Shown here: positions 9,774-20,800 of the stretch, piece by piece
How positions within the stretch are numbered: position 1 is the first letter of the stretch
Layout: every line of letters starts with the position of its first letter
From: an uncultured delta proteobacterium
GTDB taxonomy: Bacteria; Desulfobacterota; Binatia; UBA9968
Reading direction: 5' to 3'
NCBI GenBank assembly: GCA_963816145.1
Contig: CAWFJP010000002.1
Span: 288,245-352,244 of the forward strand
Length of the DNA stretch: 64,000 bases
Translations under genes and position numbers: made by a program
The notes under the pieces: model-generated
The model's input: only the letters and a program-made list of their open reading frames with translations
What the model was told of the DNA's origin: nothing
Databases searched by the model: none

Positions 9774-10571
9774 GTGCCGCCGCTGATCGCCGTTTATCAA
9801 GTCTCGCGAGTGTTCTCGACCGCTAGCCGCACGGTTACGGCGCTGGATAATGTCTCCTTCGACATTCAACCGGGCAACTTCGTGTCGATCGTCGGCCCGA
9901 GCGGCTGCGGCAAAAGCACGTTGTTGAAGATCATCTCCGGCTTGATGCCGACGTCCGCGGGCGCTGTCACCGTGGCTGGGCGCCAGGTCGACAGCCCGCT
10001 GGAAAATGTCGGCATGGTCTTTCAATCGCCGGTGCTGCTCAAATGGCGCTCGGTGCTGGGCAACATTTTGTTGCCGGTGGAATTCGCCAAATTCGACCGT
10101 GCAAATTTCGCCGACAAGGCACGCGCGTTGATCAAGCTCGTCGGTCTGGAAGGCTTCGAGGAAATGTATCCGCACGAGCTATCCGGCGGCATGCAGCAGC
10201 GCGCCTCGCTGTGCCGCGCGCTGGTGACCGACCCGCAGCTCCTGTTGATGGACGAACCCTTCGGCGCGCTCGATGCCATGACCCGCGACGAGCTGGACAT
10301 GGAACTGTTGCGCATCTGGGAAGAGCGCAAAAAGACGGTCCTGTTCGTGACTCATAGCATTCAGGAAGCGGTGTTTCTCTCTGACTTGGTTTACGTCATG
10401 TCGGCGCGGCCGGGCCGCTTATTGGAGACCATCGCCATCGATTTGCCGCGGCCGCGCACCATGGAAATGATGAGTGCCGTGAAATTCGGCGAATACACCC
10501 TAAGAATTCGCGCCCTGCTCACCTCGGCCAGTGGTGCCAATGCCACCACGGCAATCGGTTCAACCATGTGA
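9774..10571 (+). CDS. NitT/TauT family ABC ATP-binding protein
   Basis: GPSGCGKST, LSGGMQQR, LLMDEPFGALD, FVTH. Confidence 0.92.
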   Translation: MPPLIAVYQVSRVFSTASRTVTALDNVSFDIQPGNFVSIVGPSGCGKSTLLKIISGLMPTSAGAVTVAGRQVDSPLENVGMVFQSPVLLKWRSVLGNILLPVEFAKFDRANFADKARALIKLVGLEGFEEMYPHELSGGMQQRASLCRALVTDPQLLLMDEPFGALDAMTRDELDMELLRIWEERKKTVLFVTHSIQEAVFLSDLVYVMSARPGRLLETIAIDLPRPRTMEMMSAVKFGEYTLRIRALLTSASGANATTAIGSTM

Positions 10572-10656
10572 AATTCTGTTTCCAGTGCGCTATGATTGGG
10601 CAAATGGAGCAGGGTAGTGCGCCTGTTCAAGGCTCCGAACATAAGTCGTTATTCGA

Positions 10657-11700
10657 ATGGCACCTCCAAAAGGACTCACCTACGCTCAGGCTGGCGTTAG
10701 CATCGAAGCCGGCGATGAATTGGTGCGGCGCATCGGCCCCATCGCGAAGCGAACCAAGGTGCCCGGCGTGCTCGCCGGCGTCGGCGGTTTCAGCGCGCTG
10801 TTCGACCTCAAATCGCGCGGCTACCGCAACCCTGTTTTGGTTTCCTCCACCGACGGCGTCGGTACCAAGCTCAAGATCGCCTTTCAAACCGGCATTCATG
10901 ACACCATCGGCATCGATTTAGTTGCCATGGGCGTCAACGATATTTTGACCCAGGGCGCGGCGCCGCTATTTTTCTTGGACTACTTTGTCTGCGGCAAGCT
11001 CGACGTAGAAATCACCGAAGCAGTGATGCGCGGTATCGCCGCCGGCTGCCGCCAGGCTGGCTGTGCGCTGATCGGTGGCGAGACTGCCGAGCATCCCGGC
11101 GATTTTTCGAAAGGCGAGTACGATCTCGCCGGCTTCATCGTCGGGGTTTTGGAGAAAAAGCGGATTATCGATTCGGCGGCGATCGTTCCGGGCGATGTTT
11201 TGATCGGCATTCCGTCCAGCGGATTGCACAGTAACGGCTATTCCTTGGCGCGCAAGGTTTTGCTCGAACGGGGCGGATTGAAACTTCACCGTCGTATGGC
11301 CGAGCTCAGTCGTAAACTCGGTGAGGAACTGCTCGAACCGACGCGGATTTACGCCAAAATCACCAAGAAGTTGTTCGGCGAGTTTCGCATCAAAGGCGTG
11401 GCGCATATCACCGGCGGCGGTATCACGGGGAATCTGCCGAGAGTGTTGCCGCAAGGGCGGCACGCGATAATCCAACGGGCGAGCTGGCCGGTGCCGCCGG
11501 TTTTCAATTTAATTCAAAAAATTGGTGCGGTTAGCCAGGCTGAGATGGACGCGACGTTCAATATGGGCCTCGGCATGATTCTCGTCGTGGCGAAAAAGGA
11601 CGCCGACCGGGTTGTCGGCGTGCTGCAACGCATGCGCGAGCGCTGCTTTGTTATCGGCGAGGTTCGCCAAGGATCGAAGGGCGCGACGATTCGTTCGTAA
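10657..11700 (+). CDS. purM: Phosphoribosylformylglycinamidine cyclo-ligase
   Basis: TYAQAGV, STDGVGTK, GGETAEHPG, SSGLHSNGYSL, AHITGGG, TFNMGLG. Confidence 0.97.
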   Translation: MAPPKGLTYAQAGVSIEAGDELVRRIGPIAKRTKVPGVLAGVGGFSALFDLKSRGYRNPVLVSSTDGVGTKLKIAFQTGIHDTIGIDLVAMGVNDILTQGAAPLFFLDYFVCGKLDVEITEAVMRGIAAGCRQAGCALIGGETAEHPGDFSKGEYDLAGFIVGVLEKKRIIDSAAIVPGDVLIGIPSSGLHSNGYSLARKVLLERGGLKLHRRMAELSRKLGEELLEPTRIYAKITKKLFGEFRIKGVAHITGGGITGNLPRVLPQGRHAIIQRASWPVPPVFNLIQKIGAVSQAEMDATFNMGLGMILVVAKKDADRVVGVLQRMRERCFVIGEVRQGSKGATIRS

Positions 11701-11704
11701 AGTT

Positions 11705-12367
11705 ATGGCAAGGCAAGTTCCCATCGGTGTGTTGGTTTCGGGTGGCGGCACCAATCTCCAGGCGATCATCGACGCCATCGAGACTGGGACGCTCGACGCT
11801 CAGATACAATTCGTCTTGAGTAACAAAGCCGACGCTTTCGGACTAGCGCGCGCGCAAAAGCACGGCATTCCCACCGAAGTCTTGGACCACAAGGCTTATT
11901 CGAGCCGCGAGGCCTATGACCAAGCAGTGGTCGACCTGTTGCGCCGGCGCGGCGTCGAATTGGTGATCCTCGCCGGCTTCATGCGGCTGCTTTCTTCCGT
12001 GTTCATCAAGGCCTACTCCAACCGCATTATGAACATTCACCCGGCTTTGCTGCCGTCATTTCCCGGCCTTCACGTGCAAAAAAAGGCCGTGGATCACGGC
12101 GTGCGCTTTTCCGGCTGCACGGTCCATTTCGTCAACGAGGAGTGCGACGAGGGGCCGATCGTCATCCAAGCAGTAGTGCCGGTGTTTCCCGACGATAACG
12201 ACGAAACCTTAGCCGCACGGATTCTCAAACAGGAACATCAGATCTATCCCCGAGCTATTCAGCTCTACGCCGAAGGCCGCCTCCATGTGAGTGGTCGGCG
12301 GGTGCTGGTAGACGGACTGACCAAGGATGAGGGCGCAGTACTCATCCAACCGCCGTTGGAACGATGA
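11705..12367 (+). CDS. purN: Phosphoribosylglycinamide formyltransferase
   Basis: VSGGGTNLQA, LAGFMR, NIHPALLPSFPG, GCTVHFV; follows purM. Confidence 0.97.
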   Translation: MARQVPIGVLVSGGGTNLQAIIDAIETGTLDAQIQFVLSNKADAFGLARAQKHGIPTEVLDHKAYSSREAYDQAVVDLLRRRGVELVILAGFMRLLSSVFIKAYSNRIMNIHPALLPSFPGLHVQKKAVDHGVRFSGCTVHFVNEECDEGPIVIQAVVPVFPDDNDETLAARILKQEHQIYPRAIQLYAEGRLHVSGRRVLVDGLTKDEGAVLIQPPLER

Positions 12368-13338
12368 AAAAAGCCAAACCGGTACTTATCTTGTTAGCGA
12401 AGTTGCTGGTTAGCGGCGGGCTCTTGGCTTATTTCATCTCGCGGGTTCATCCAGAGAGATTTCTCGATACTTTCGCGACGGCGAAATATTCCTGGATCGC
12501 GCTGGCGCTGGTCACCTATTTATTTGCCCAAGCGATTAGCGCGGTACGTTGGGCTGCGCTTGCACGGCCGTTGGGGATTGAGACGCCGTTCAAAGATCTT
12601 CTCAAATACTACTTGATCGGCATGTTCTTCAATCTCTTCGCGCCTGGCACGGTCGGCGGCGATGTCAGCCGGGTGTTTTACCTCGTGCGCGATGACGAGG
12701 CCCACGCCGAAGGACGCGCAGTGACGACGACGCACGCGGCGATGTCGGTGCTGATGGATCGCGCCATCGGAATGATTGTGTTGGTGTGGTTAGGTGCAGC
12801 GGGGTTGCTGTTGTTTCCCATATACGCGGTGCCGGGGACGGTGCGTTCGATCACGTTGCTGCTCGCGGCAGGTTTTGTCGCCGCGGTTCTGCTAATTCCG
12901 TTGCTCAGACGCTTACTACCCGAGGATGGTCATCCGATGGTCGTCAAAATCCGCTTAGCCTTGCGCAGTTATCGAACCCAGTGGCGCGCATTGGTGGTCG
13001 CGGCTTTACTCTCCTTGATCGTTCATTTAATCCAAGCCTGGATGCATCTGGTGATGGGGCGGGCGCTCAGCTTAGAGATACCGTATTCGTATTGTATCAT
13101 TGTCTATCCACTCGTGGGCACCTTTGCGGCGATCCCAGTGAGTCTAAATGGCTTGGGGTTGCGCGAAGGCGGTTACATTTATTTGCTCGCCGTGATCGGC
13201 ATTAGCAGTGAAAAGGGCATTGCCTTCGGTCTGTTGCTGTTCTTGATCGTTGCGATCGACAGTTTGCTCGGCGGTGTCTTGTTCTTGCTGCAAAAGTCGC
13301 CAACGGTGGCGCGTTCGATGACCGAAAAGGCGGTCTAA
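12364..13338 (+). CDS. Lysylphosphatidylglycerol synthase TM-domain (flippase-like) protein
   Basis: Multi-TM, FFNLFAPG.VGGD, DR..G, PVSLNGLGLREG. Confidence 0.8.
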   Translation: MKKAKPVLILLAKLLVSGGLLAYFISRVHPERFLDTFATAKYSWIALALVTYLFAQAISAVRWAALARPLGIETPFKDLLKYYLIGMFFNLFAPGTVGGDVSRVFYLVRDDEAHAEGRAVTTTHAAMSVLMDRAIGMIVLVWLGAAGLLLFPIYAVPGTVRSITLLLAAGFVAAVLLIPLLRRLLPEDGHPMVVKIRLALRSYRTQWRALVVAALLSLIVHLIQAWMHLVMGRALSLEIPYSYCIIVYPLVGTFAAIPVSLNGLGLREGGYIYLLAVIGISSEKGIAFGLLLFLIVAIDSLLGGVLFLLQKSPTVARSMTEKAV

Positions 13339-14687
13339 TTCAAATAGCCACGGAATAACGTCGCCAGGCCGAGGAACGAAAGAAACCCAAACGCATCGGT
13401 AAGTCCGGTAACGATGATGCCGGAACCTAGTGCCGGGTCGAGTTTCATGCCTTTTAGCAATAACGGAATCACCGCGCCGGCAAACCCGGCCATCAGGCCA
13501 AGGTTCAATAACATCGCGCCGGCGAGAACCAGTCCAAGATAAGGATTGCCCTTCCAAAAACCAGCCGCCAGCGCGATCATAGCGCCGGCAGCGACGGCGA
13601 TGCAGATATTGACTGAGATCTGTTTGACGATCGCTTTCCAGGCCGAGGAAAACTCCAGCTCGCCCAAGGCGATGGCGCGAATGATGACTGTCGCGGTCTG
13701 AGTGGCGCCGTTGCCGCCGACGCCGGCGACCACCGGCATGAAGGTCACCAGCCCGATGATGTCATGGAGCGTGCCTTCGAACAGGCCGACAATGGACGCC
13801 GCCAGGGTTGCCGTCAGCAGATTGAGGATGGTCCAGGGCAGGCGCATTCTCACCGAGCGCGAGACCGGGGTGAAGACGCGGTCCTCCTCGGCCAAGCCGA
13901 CCATCTTGTACATGTCCTCGGTGCTTTCTTCTTTGATGATATCGATGACATCGTCGACAGTAATGATGCCCTCCAAGCGGCCGCCCTCGTCGACGATGGG
14001 CAGCGCTAAAAGCTCGTACTTGGCGACGATGCGCGCGGCATCTTCTTGATCCATGAAGACATCGGCTTTGATCGGATCGGCGATCATCATGTCGCGCAAT
14101 TTGCGCGCCGGCGGCGCGATGACCAGGTTGCGGATCGGCACCACGCCCACCAGCTTGCTGTCGTTGTCGACCACATAGAGATAAAAAAAACTCTCCAATT
14201 CGCCGCGCTCGCGAATCTTGTCGATGGCCCCTTGGGCGGTGGCGTCCGGTGGCAGGGCCATAAAGTCGGTGGTCATTAGGCGTCCCACTGTGCCGTCGGG
14301 GTAGTTGATGATCTCGCGCACTGCGGCCCGGCGCTCGGGATCAAGCAGTGCGAGCACGCGCTCCCGGCGCGCTTCCGGCAGGCTGTCGATGAAGGTGACC
14401 GCGTCGTCGGGGTCGGCGCGGACGATCAGGCGGCCAACCTTTTCATCGTCGATCAAGGCGAGAATGTCGGGTAACAATTCGGGCGGCAGCTCTTTGAGCG
14501 TCTTGGCGGCGCGGCGCGACGAGAAAAGTACGTCGAAGAGTTGGCGCACTTCGGCTGGATCGAGCCCTTTGAACAGCAACGCAATGTCGGCAGGATGGCT
14601 TTTGCCGATGAAACGCAGGACGCGATCCGGAGTCGCGGTGCGCAGCATTTCACGCACGGTATCGTAATCGATGGGAGCGGGTTTCAT
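13335..14687 (-). CDS. mgtE: Magnesium transporter MgtE (second paralog)
   Basis: HPADIA, CBS pair, EESTEDM, GGNGATQ, DPALGS...LTDAFG. Confidence 0.92.
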   Translation of the reverse strand: MKPAPIDYDTVREMLRTATPDRVLRFIGKSHPADIALLFKGLDPAEVRQLFDVLFSSRRAAKTLKELPPELLPDILALIDDEKVGRLIVRADPDDAVTFIDSLPEARRERVLALLDPERRAAVREIINYPDGTVGRLMTTDFMALPPDATAQGAIDKIRERGELESFFYLYVVDNDSKLVGVVPIRNLVIAPPARKLRDMMIADPIKADVFMDQEDAARIVAKYELLALPIVDEGGRLEGIITVDDVIDIIKEESTEDMYKMVGLAEEDRVFTPVSRSVRMRLPWTILNLLTATLAASIVGLFEGTLHDIIGLVTFMPVVAGVGGNGATQTATVIIRAIALGELEFSSAWKAIVKQISVNICIAVAAGAMIALAAGFWKGNPYLGLVLAGAMLLNLGLMAGFAGAVIPLLLKGMKLDPALGSGIIVTGLTDAFGFLSFLGLATLFRGYLN

Positions 14688-14835
14688 GGCTGTTTTCGAC
14701 GCTGGCGGATGGTTCCTTCATAGACACTGAGATGGTTATTTGCAAATGTTTCGGCCTTTGGTGTCGCGATTTCACCACGCGCTGGAAATTTGTTATTGTC
14801 TAGGCAAAGTGTGGTCTATCGAGGATTAATCGCTG

Positions 14836-16272
14836 ATGGTTACACGAGATCGATTGGTGTGGCGCCGCTTATTGAAGGTCAGTCTGCTCAGTTGCCTGGC
14901 CGGGTTAGGCACTCAGCCGATTCGCGATGCCGGCGCGGCCAATTTGGCGGCCTTGGACGGCAACCGTCCACCCTCGTTTGCCAGTATCGCCAAAAAGACC
15001 ATGCCGGCGGTGGTCAACATTTCGACTCTGACGCAACGGTCGCCGCGCTCCGGTTCCAACGACCCCATCGAAGATTTTTTCAATCGATTTTTTGGCGATT
15101 CGGCGCCGCGGGAGAACAACTCGCGTAGTTTAGGCTCGGGAATCCTCATTAGCCGGGATGGTGAGATTCTCACCAGTTATCATGTCGTGCGCAGCGCCGA
15201 TACGATTAAAGTCAAGTTAGCGGATCAGAGCGAACACGAAGCACGCTTGATCGGCAAGGATGATCGCACCGACTTGGCGCTGATCAAGATTCGCCGCTCC
15301 GGCGGCAATATGCCCTTCGCCAGGCTTGGCAACTCGAGCCAATTGGAAGTCGGTGATTGGGTGATGGCGATCGGCAATCCGTTCGGTCTCGAGCATACCG
15401 TCACGGCGGGAATTGTCAGCGCCAAGGGCCGGGTGATTGGTGCCGGTCCCTACGACAACTTCATCCAGACCGACGCATCGATCAACCCAGGCAACAGCGG
15501 CGGACCGCTGATCAGCGCAGACGGCGAAGTGATCGGTGTCAACACCGCGATTTTTAGTCAATCCGGCGGCAATGTCGGGATCGGCTTCGCGATCCCCATC
15601 GATCTGGCGAAAAAGGTTTTGGACCAGCTGCGCAAAAACGGCAAGGTGGTGCGCGGTTGGCTTGGCGTGCGCGCCCAGGATCTCAGTGCTAGCCAATCGG
15701 CTTCGCTGGGGGTCCCCCGAGGCCCTGCCGATCTGGCCATCGTGACGGAAGTTGCCGACAAAAGCCCCGCGGCCGAAGCGGGCATCAAGACCGGCGATGT
15801 GATCGTCGAGTTCAACGGCAAACCGGTGCCAAAGAGCAATGAATTTCCCAGCGTCATTGCCGATATCGCGCCGGGGCAAAAAGTCTCGCTGAAAATCTTG
15901 CGCGAGAAAAAAGAGCAAACTATCGCCGTGCGCATCGGCGAGCTCGCTGACGATGCCGACGCGAATCAACAAGCTGAGGCGCGCGATGCCGAACTCGGAC
16001 TGCGGGTTCAACGCATCACGCCAGAAGCAGCCAGGCGCCTAGGGCTAAGCTCGCCTAAAGGCGTGCTGGTGGTTGAGGTGCAGCCGGGCAGCCCGGCCGA
16101 TCTCGTGGGTATCGAACCGGCAGATGTGATTCGCGAAGTCAACCAGCGCGCCGTGACCAATGTTAAAGATTTTGAACGGGCGACCCGGCAAGGCCGGCGC
16201 GGCGACCGCATCCTGCTGCTTGTACAGCGGGGCGATAACGCGGTATTCTTCGCTGTGAAACGCAAAGGTTAG
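14836..16272 (+). CDS. htrA: Do/DegQ family HtrA serine endoprotease with two PDZ domains
   Basis: GSG, TSYHVV, TDLALIK, QTDASINPGNSGGPL, two PDZ repeats. Confidence 0.93.
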   Translation: MVTRDRLVWRRLLKVSLLSCLAGLGTQPIRDAGAANLAALDGNRPPSFASIAKKTMPAVVNISTLTQRSPRSGSNDPIEDFFNRFFGDSAPRENNSRSLGSGILISRDGEILTSYHVVRSADTIKVKLADQSEHEARLIGKDDRTDLALIKIRRSGGNMPFARLGNSSQLEVGDWVMAIGNPFGLEHTVTAGIVSAKGRVIGAGPYDNFIQTDASINPGNSGGPLISADGEVIGVNTAIFSQSGGNVGIGFAIPIDLAKKVLDQLRKNGKVVRGWLGVRAQDLSASQSASLGVPRGPADLAIVTEVADKSPAAEAGIKTGDVIVEFNGKPVPKSNEFPSVIADIAPGQKVSLKILREKKEQTIAVRIGELADDADANQQAEARDAELGLRVQRITPEAARRLGLSSPKGVLVVEVQPGSPADLVGIEPADVIREVNQRAVTNVKDFERATRQGRRGDRILLLVQRGDNAVFFAVKRKG

Positions 16273-16280
16273 GAGGACTC

Positions 16281-16469
16281 ATGTTTGGACTTGGTGTACC
16301 CGAGCTTATGGTAATCCTGGTGATTGCCCTGGTGATCTTCGGCCCAAGTAAGCTGCCGCAGATCGGCAGCGGACTCGGTAAGGCGATCCGGGATTTCAAA
16401 AAAGGCGTGACGGAAAAAGAAGATGAGGAGGCCGATGCTAAAAAAGACGGCAAAGATCTGCCGCGCTAG
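16281..16469 (+). CDS. tatA: Twin-arginine translocase TatA
   Basis: MFGLGVPEL...IFGPSKLPQIGSGLGKAIRDFKK; AGGAGG RBS. Confidence 0.93.
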   Translation: MFGLGVPELMVILVIALVIFGPSKLPQIGSGLGKAIRDFKKGVTEKEDEEADAKKDGKDLPR

Positions 16470-16666
16470 TCGCGATCGGCAAAGCTACAGCCTTTCCTCC
16501 GGCGAGCCCATCTTCCGCCATCGTTCGCCGACGTGAAATTCCCACTCGATTGATTATTTCAAATCCCGATCGATCCGCAAGTGGACCAAAAACCGCGCTG
16601 ATTTCGCGCTGGACGGTCGTTCCGACGCTTAGTGATAGAGCGCGCGATAACCTATGTGTGGACTGC

Positions 16667-17317
16667 CTAGAGTTCGCGCACGTGGTGAAACCCGTTTAAG
16701 CTTTTTCGGCCTAAAACCACGGTGTAGAGGGAAGTCTTGCTGAGCTTGTAAACTCTTTCCACCGTCAACTCGGTTGAGGTGATAAACGGTTTGAGTTTGA
16801 GGTCGGTACGCCACCCCAATAACCTTGTCAGCGGATCGATCGCTTGAGTGATCGATCCGAGTACCGGCATATCCGTGGTAAAATGATTCAAGATCACGAT
16901 GCGGCCGCTCGGTTTACAGACGCGCTTGGCCTCGGCGATCATACGGACCGGATCGGGGACGACGGTAACGACATGAAAGGCCATTACGTAATCGAACGAA
17001 TTGTCGGGGAACGTTAGATTGAGCGCATCCATTTCCATGACTTTGAAATGATGCCAGCCGTTTTCGTGAATTTTTTGGCGCGCCCGCGAAAGCATATCGG
17101 GCGCCAAGTCAACGCCGGTAACTTCGCAGTGGTTCGGATAGGCGGGGAACGAGGTGCCGGTGCCGGCGCCGATCTCGAGTATCTTCGCGCCTACTGGGAT
17201 ATAGAGATTTTCAATCACCCGTTCGATGCGATTGTAGAAAATCTTACCGAAGATTTTGTCGTATAGAGGGGCGAACTCTCCGTAAAGTTTGCTCTCGTGC
17301 GCCTCGATTTCAGCCAT
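16667..17317 (-). CDS. Class I SAM methyltransferase, phosphatidylethanolamine N-methyltransferase (PmtA-like)
   Basis: APLYD..F, LEIGAGTG, MDA..L.FPDNSFD, VVTVVPDP, ILNHF. Confidence 0.75.
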   Translation of the reverse strand: MAEIEAHESKLYGEFAPLYDKIFGKIFYNRIERVIENLYIPVGAKILEIGAGTGTSFPAYPNHCEVTGVDLAPDMLSRARQKIHENGWHHFKVMEMDALNLTFPDNSFDYVMAFHVVTVVPDPVRMIAEAKRVCKPSGRIVILNHFTTDMPVLGSITQAIDPLTRLLGWRTDLKLKPFITSTELTVERVYKLSKTSLYTVVLGRKSLNGFHHVREL

Positions 17318-17346
17318 GCGCCCCAACCCCAATCAACCACGTCCGA

Positions 17347-17541
17347 CTAGGCGTCGCGGATGTCCTTCGGTTGTTTCTTGTAGAAAATCGAAATATCGCG
17401 CTTGCGGAATCGCCATTGCTTGCCTTTTTTGAAGGCCGGGAGAATGTTCTTCCGGGCAAATTCATTGACAGTGTCCGGACTCATATCGAGAATCACGGCG
17501 ACCTGTTTGCTATTGAGCAGTTCTTCGTCTCGATCCACCAT
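17347..17541 (-). CDS. Small excisionase-like helix-turn-helix (HTH_17) protein
   Basis: LLNSKQVA.ILDMS.DTV...AR...LPAFK.GKQWRF; GGAGAG RBS before ATG at 17541. Confidence 0.8.
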   Translation of the reverse strand: MVDRDEELLNSKQVAVILDMSPDTVNEFARKNILPAFKKGKQWRFRKRDISIFYKKQPKDIRDA

Positions 17542-17857
17542 AGACTCTCCGTGCAGTAAACGCCAGTACGCGAAAAAGTTCGTTTTTTCTAACAAGTTCG
17601 TCTAGGGCTGTCAAGGCAAGAATTGCGCGGTGGTGGCGCACGATTTGAAAACATTGCGAGTCGAGAGAACCGCGCACCCACGGGCTGTATTCCCGCCACT
17701 TACGGGAGCGCGCTCGTAACTCTGGGCGAGCGCATCCGGGTTGCCTTTCACTTGCGAGTACGGCGAACTTCCTTTAGCATGACGATGATTTAGTTCCTTG
17801 CGATCCCACCGAGGAGGGGTAACCGCCCGAAGCGATGAAGCGCGTCTCTGTTTGGAC

Positions 17858-20800
17858 ATGAAAAAGCTCCTCAAGATTGGCGCGTTCATTAGCATTACCG
17901 GCGTGCTTTTTTTTATTGTTTGCACGGTTGCGTTCTACCATCTGGTCAGGGTCGGCGAGCTTCGTAGTTTTCTCATCGAGGAGATCGAAAAAAACACCGC
18001 ACTTAAAGTTGACCTCGGCGCCGCGGACCTTGAGGTCGGTTGGGTCACTGGAGTCGGTTTTCGCGACGTGTCGATTGCCATGCCGGAAAGCGCCGCGCCG
18101 GAGATCACCGCCGCGCGGATTACGGCTAGAGTGGCTTTACTGCCGTTGCTCCATCGCCAAATCATTTTCTATGAAATTCGTTTGCAACAGCCGACGGTTG
18201 CGTTGGTCGGCGACACCGAGGGGCATTTGCCGCTGCTCGACAAACTGCTCAATTTGCCGTTGCTCAAGCGCGAAAATTCGGACTTCAGCCTGGATCTGCA
18301 ATCGATCAAAATTCACAACGGCGCGATCGATTACGTCGATCGGCGCACGACCGTTAGTGTCGGCGAGTGGCGGCTGCGCAAGGCCGACATCGATATTGAA
18401 CGAGTGCGCGGCCAGAAGTTGCGCGAGTTCATGACGGATCTAATCGCGCGGCAGGCGGGGGAATCCAACGGTGCGGCGCTGCATTTCGCACTGAAGGGCG
18501 AGGTCGAACGAGACCATGCGTCGATGCAGCTCAACGCCTCCGGTCGGTTGGTGTTCCCGCAGGAAGCTCTGGTGCTTAACCAAGCGCGCTGGTACGCCGA
18601 TATCGATCTCGTCGATTTTCCCGCGGAATTGATTAAGGCCCAGCTAAGCGCCCATCTGCCGATCAAGTCGGCGAGCGGCCATCTAGCTCAACGCCTCCAC
18701 GTCGAGGGCTATCCTGATAAGCAGCTGCGAATGAAAGGCGATCTCGAGTTCAAAAACATCGCCATCGATGCGCCCGAATTGCTGCTCGCACCGTTGACTG
18801 GCGCGAGCGGCCGGACGACATTCGAAGCGGACTGGAGCCGGGAAAAGTTGGCTATCAAGCGCGCCGATCTGCGCATCGGCGATGTCAAATTCACGTTTGC
18901 GGGAAGTCTCGGCGCGCTAGAGGGCGCGGAGCCGCATTTATCGCTGCAACTATCGGAGCTGTCGGCGCCGCTGGCAACTCTGCGCCGATATCTGCCGGTG
19001 AGAATCATCGAATCGCCGCAATGGGAAACCAGCCTGAACTCGATTCAGACCGGCCAGGTGGTGCTGAAAGGCGCCGGCGTCAATGCGACTCTTGGCGAAT
19101 TGCGCCGGTTGGCGCAGACCGGTATCGGCAAGCAACTTTGGTTCGATGCCGAATTGCGCGACGTCTCGGGCAGTCTTGCGGCGCGCGGCACGTTGCCGCT
19201 GCGCGGCGTCTCGGGCCGCGTGAGTTTGCACGATGGCCGACTGACGGCGCGTGATCTCAAGGGCGCCTACGGCGATTCCCAACTACTGGATGTTGACGGC
19301 AGCTATGATTTGACGCCGAGCGGCCGCGGCGGCTTTGAGCTCGCGGCCCGCGGGGATTTCAATTTAGCCGAGCTGCGCGAACAACTCAAAGGCGAGTTTA
19401 TTTCCGAAAGCGTCGGCAAGATTGTCGCTTCGATTCACGAGCTTGACGGCCGTAGCCGCGTCGATTTGACACTAACGCGAATGGCCAGCGAACCGCTGCA
19501 ATTTGCCGGCAAGGTCGCCTTGGACAATGCGCGGCTGCGTTACGAAGATTATGCCTTGGACGAAATTAAGGGAGAACTGGCTTTTTCTCCCAAGGAAATC
19601 AAAGGCGAGAAAATCCGCGCGCAACTGAGCGGCTCGCCGGTGCAGCTCCAACTCACGCTTAAAGACTACGCTGCTGACGGCGGCAGCTTCGACCTGGGAG
19701 TCGAATCTGGCGGTGTGCGCGCCGGCGTGATCACGCGCCTGTTACTGTCTCAAGGCACGCTCAACGATCCCGGCATCGTCCGCGGCGCGGTGCGCTACCG
19801 CGGCGCTTTCGCCGATAAAAACACGCATAAATTCACCGGCGATCTCGAACTGACCAATGTCCAGTTAATGCTGAAACCGCTTTTGCAGCCGCTGCGCGAG
19901 CTCAACGGCAAGATCAAGATCGACGAAACCGGCATCGACTTCCAGAGCGTCAAGGGGCTGCTGGTCGGCGCGCCGGCCAATTTCAGCGGGCGTTGGCGCT
20001 ACGCGGAAAAGCCGCCGCTGCTCTTCAACTTCGCCGCGCCCAATCTGGACGTGACTTATTTGATATCGCAAATCGATGCCGAGGCCAGCGAGTTTTACGC
20101 CAAACTTCAAGCCGAGGGAAAAATTACCCTGGCAAAAGGGCGGATCAAGAACTTCGAGTTCAATGACATGAAGTGCGATGCGACGATCGACCGACGCGTC
20201 TGGCGACTGACCAATCTGACCGCGCGCTCTGCCGGCGGCACGGTCGTTGGTGGGACCACCATTCACGACCGGCCGGACACCCTGGGGATCGTCGCCGAGC
20301 CGAAGATTCAAGGCGTCCCGGTGCAGTCGTTTCTCAAATGGTTCGACCTCACCAATACCGAGATGACCGGCCGGGTCAATATTACCGGCAAGCTCGAAAC
20401 CGTCGGCAACTCCGACCCGGAACTCAAGCAAAACTTGAACGGTGCGTTCAACATGCGGATCGAGGACGGCACGATCAATCGTATGCGTGTGGTGGTGCAG
20501 CTGCTCAACCTGCTTGATCTGTCGCGCTGGTTCACCTTGCAGCTGCCAGATTTGACCAAACAGGGGATTCGTTTTCGCGCCATTACCGCCGATTTCAAAG
20601 TCGTCAAAGGCGTCTACGCGACGGAAAATCTTGTCGTCGATAGCAGCGATCTGCGCATGACCGGCATCGGCAAAATCGACGTGCCCAAGGATGAATTGGA
20701 TTTCGTGGTTGCGGTGCGGCCGTTTGCCGGCATCGATTCGGCAATTAACCAAATTCCGATTCTTGGCCGGGGCATCGCCGCCATCAAGAATTCCTTTCTG

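Noticed and set aside
8073-10175. 700-aa minus-strand ORF, and similar long antisense ORFs such as 41795-43129 and 52641-53666
   Set aside because: These are shadows of well-supported genes in high-GC DNA and contain no recognisable motifs.
17600-17850. Intergenic hairpins as a possible riboswitch or ncRNA
   Set aside because: Only short stems; no match I can recognise to SRP, RNase P, tmRNA, 6S or common riboswitches.
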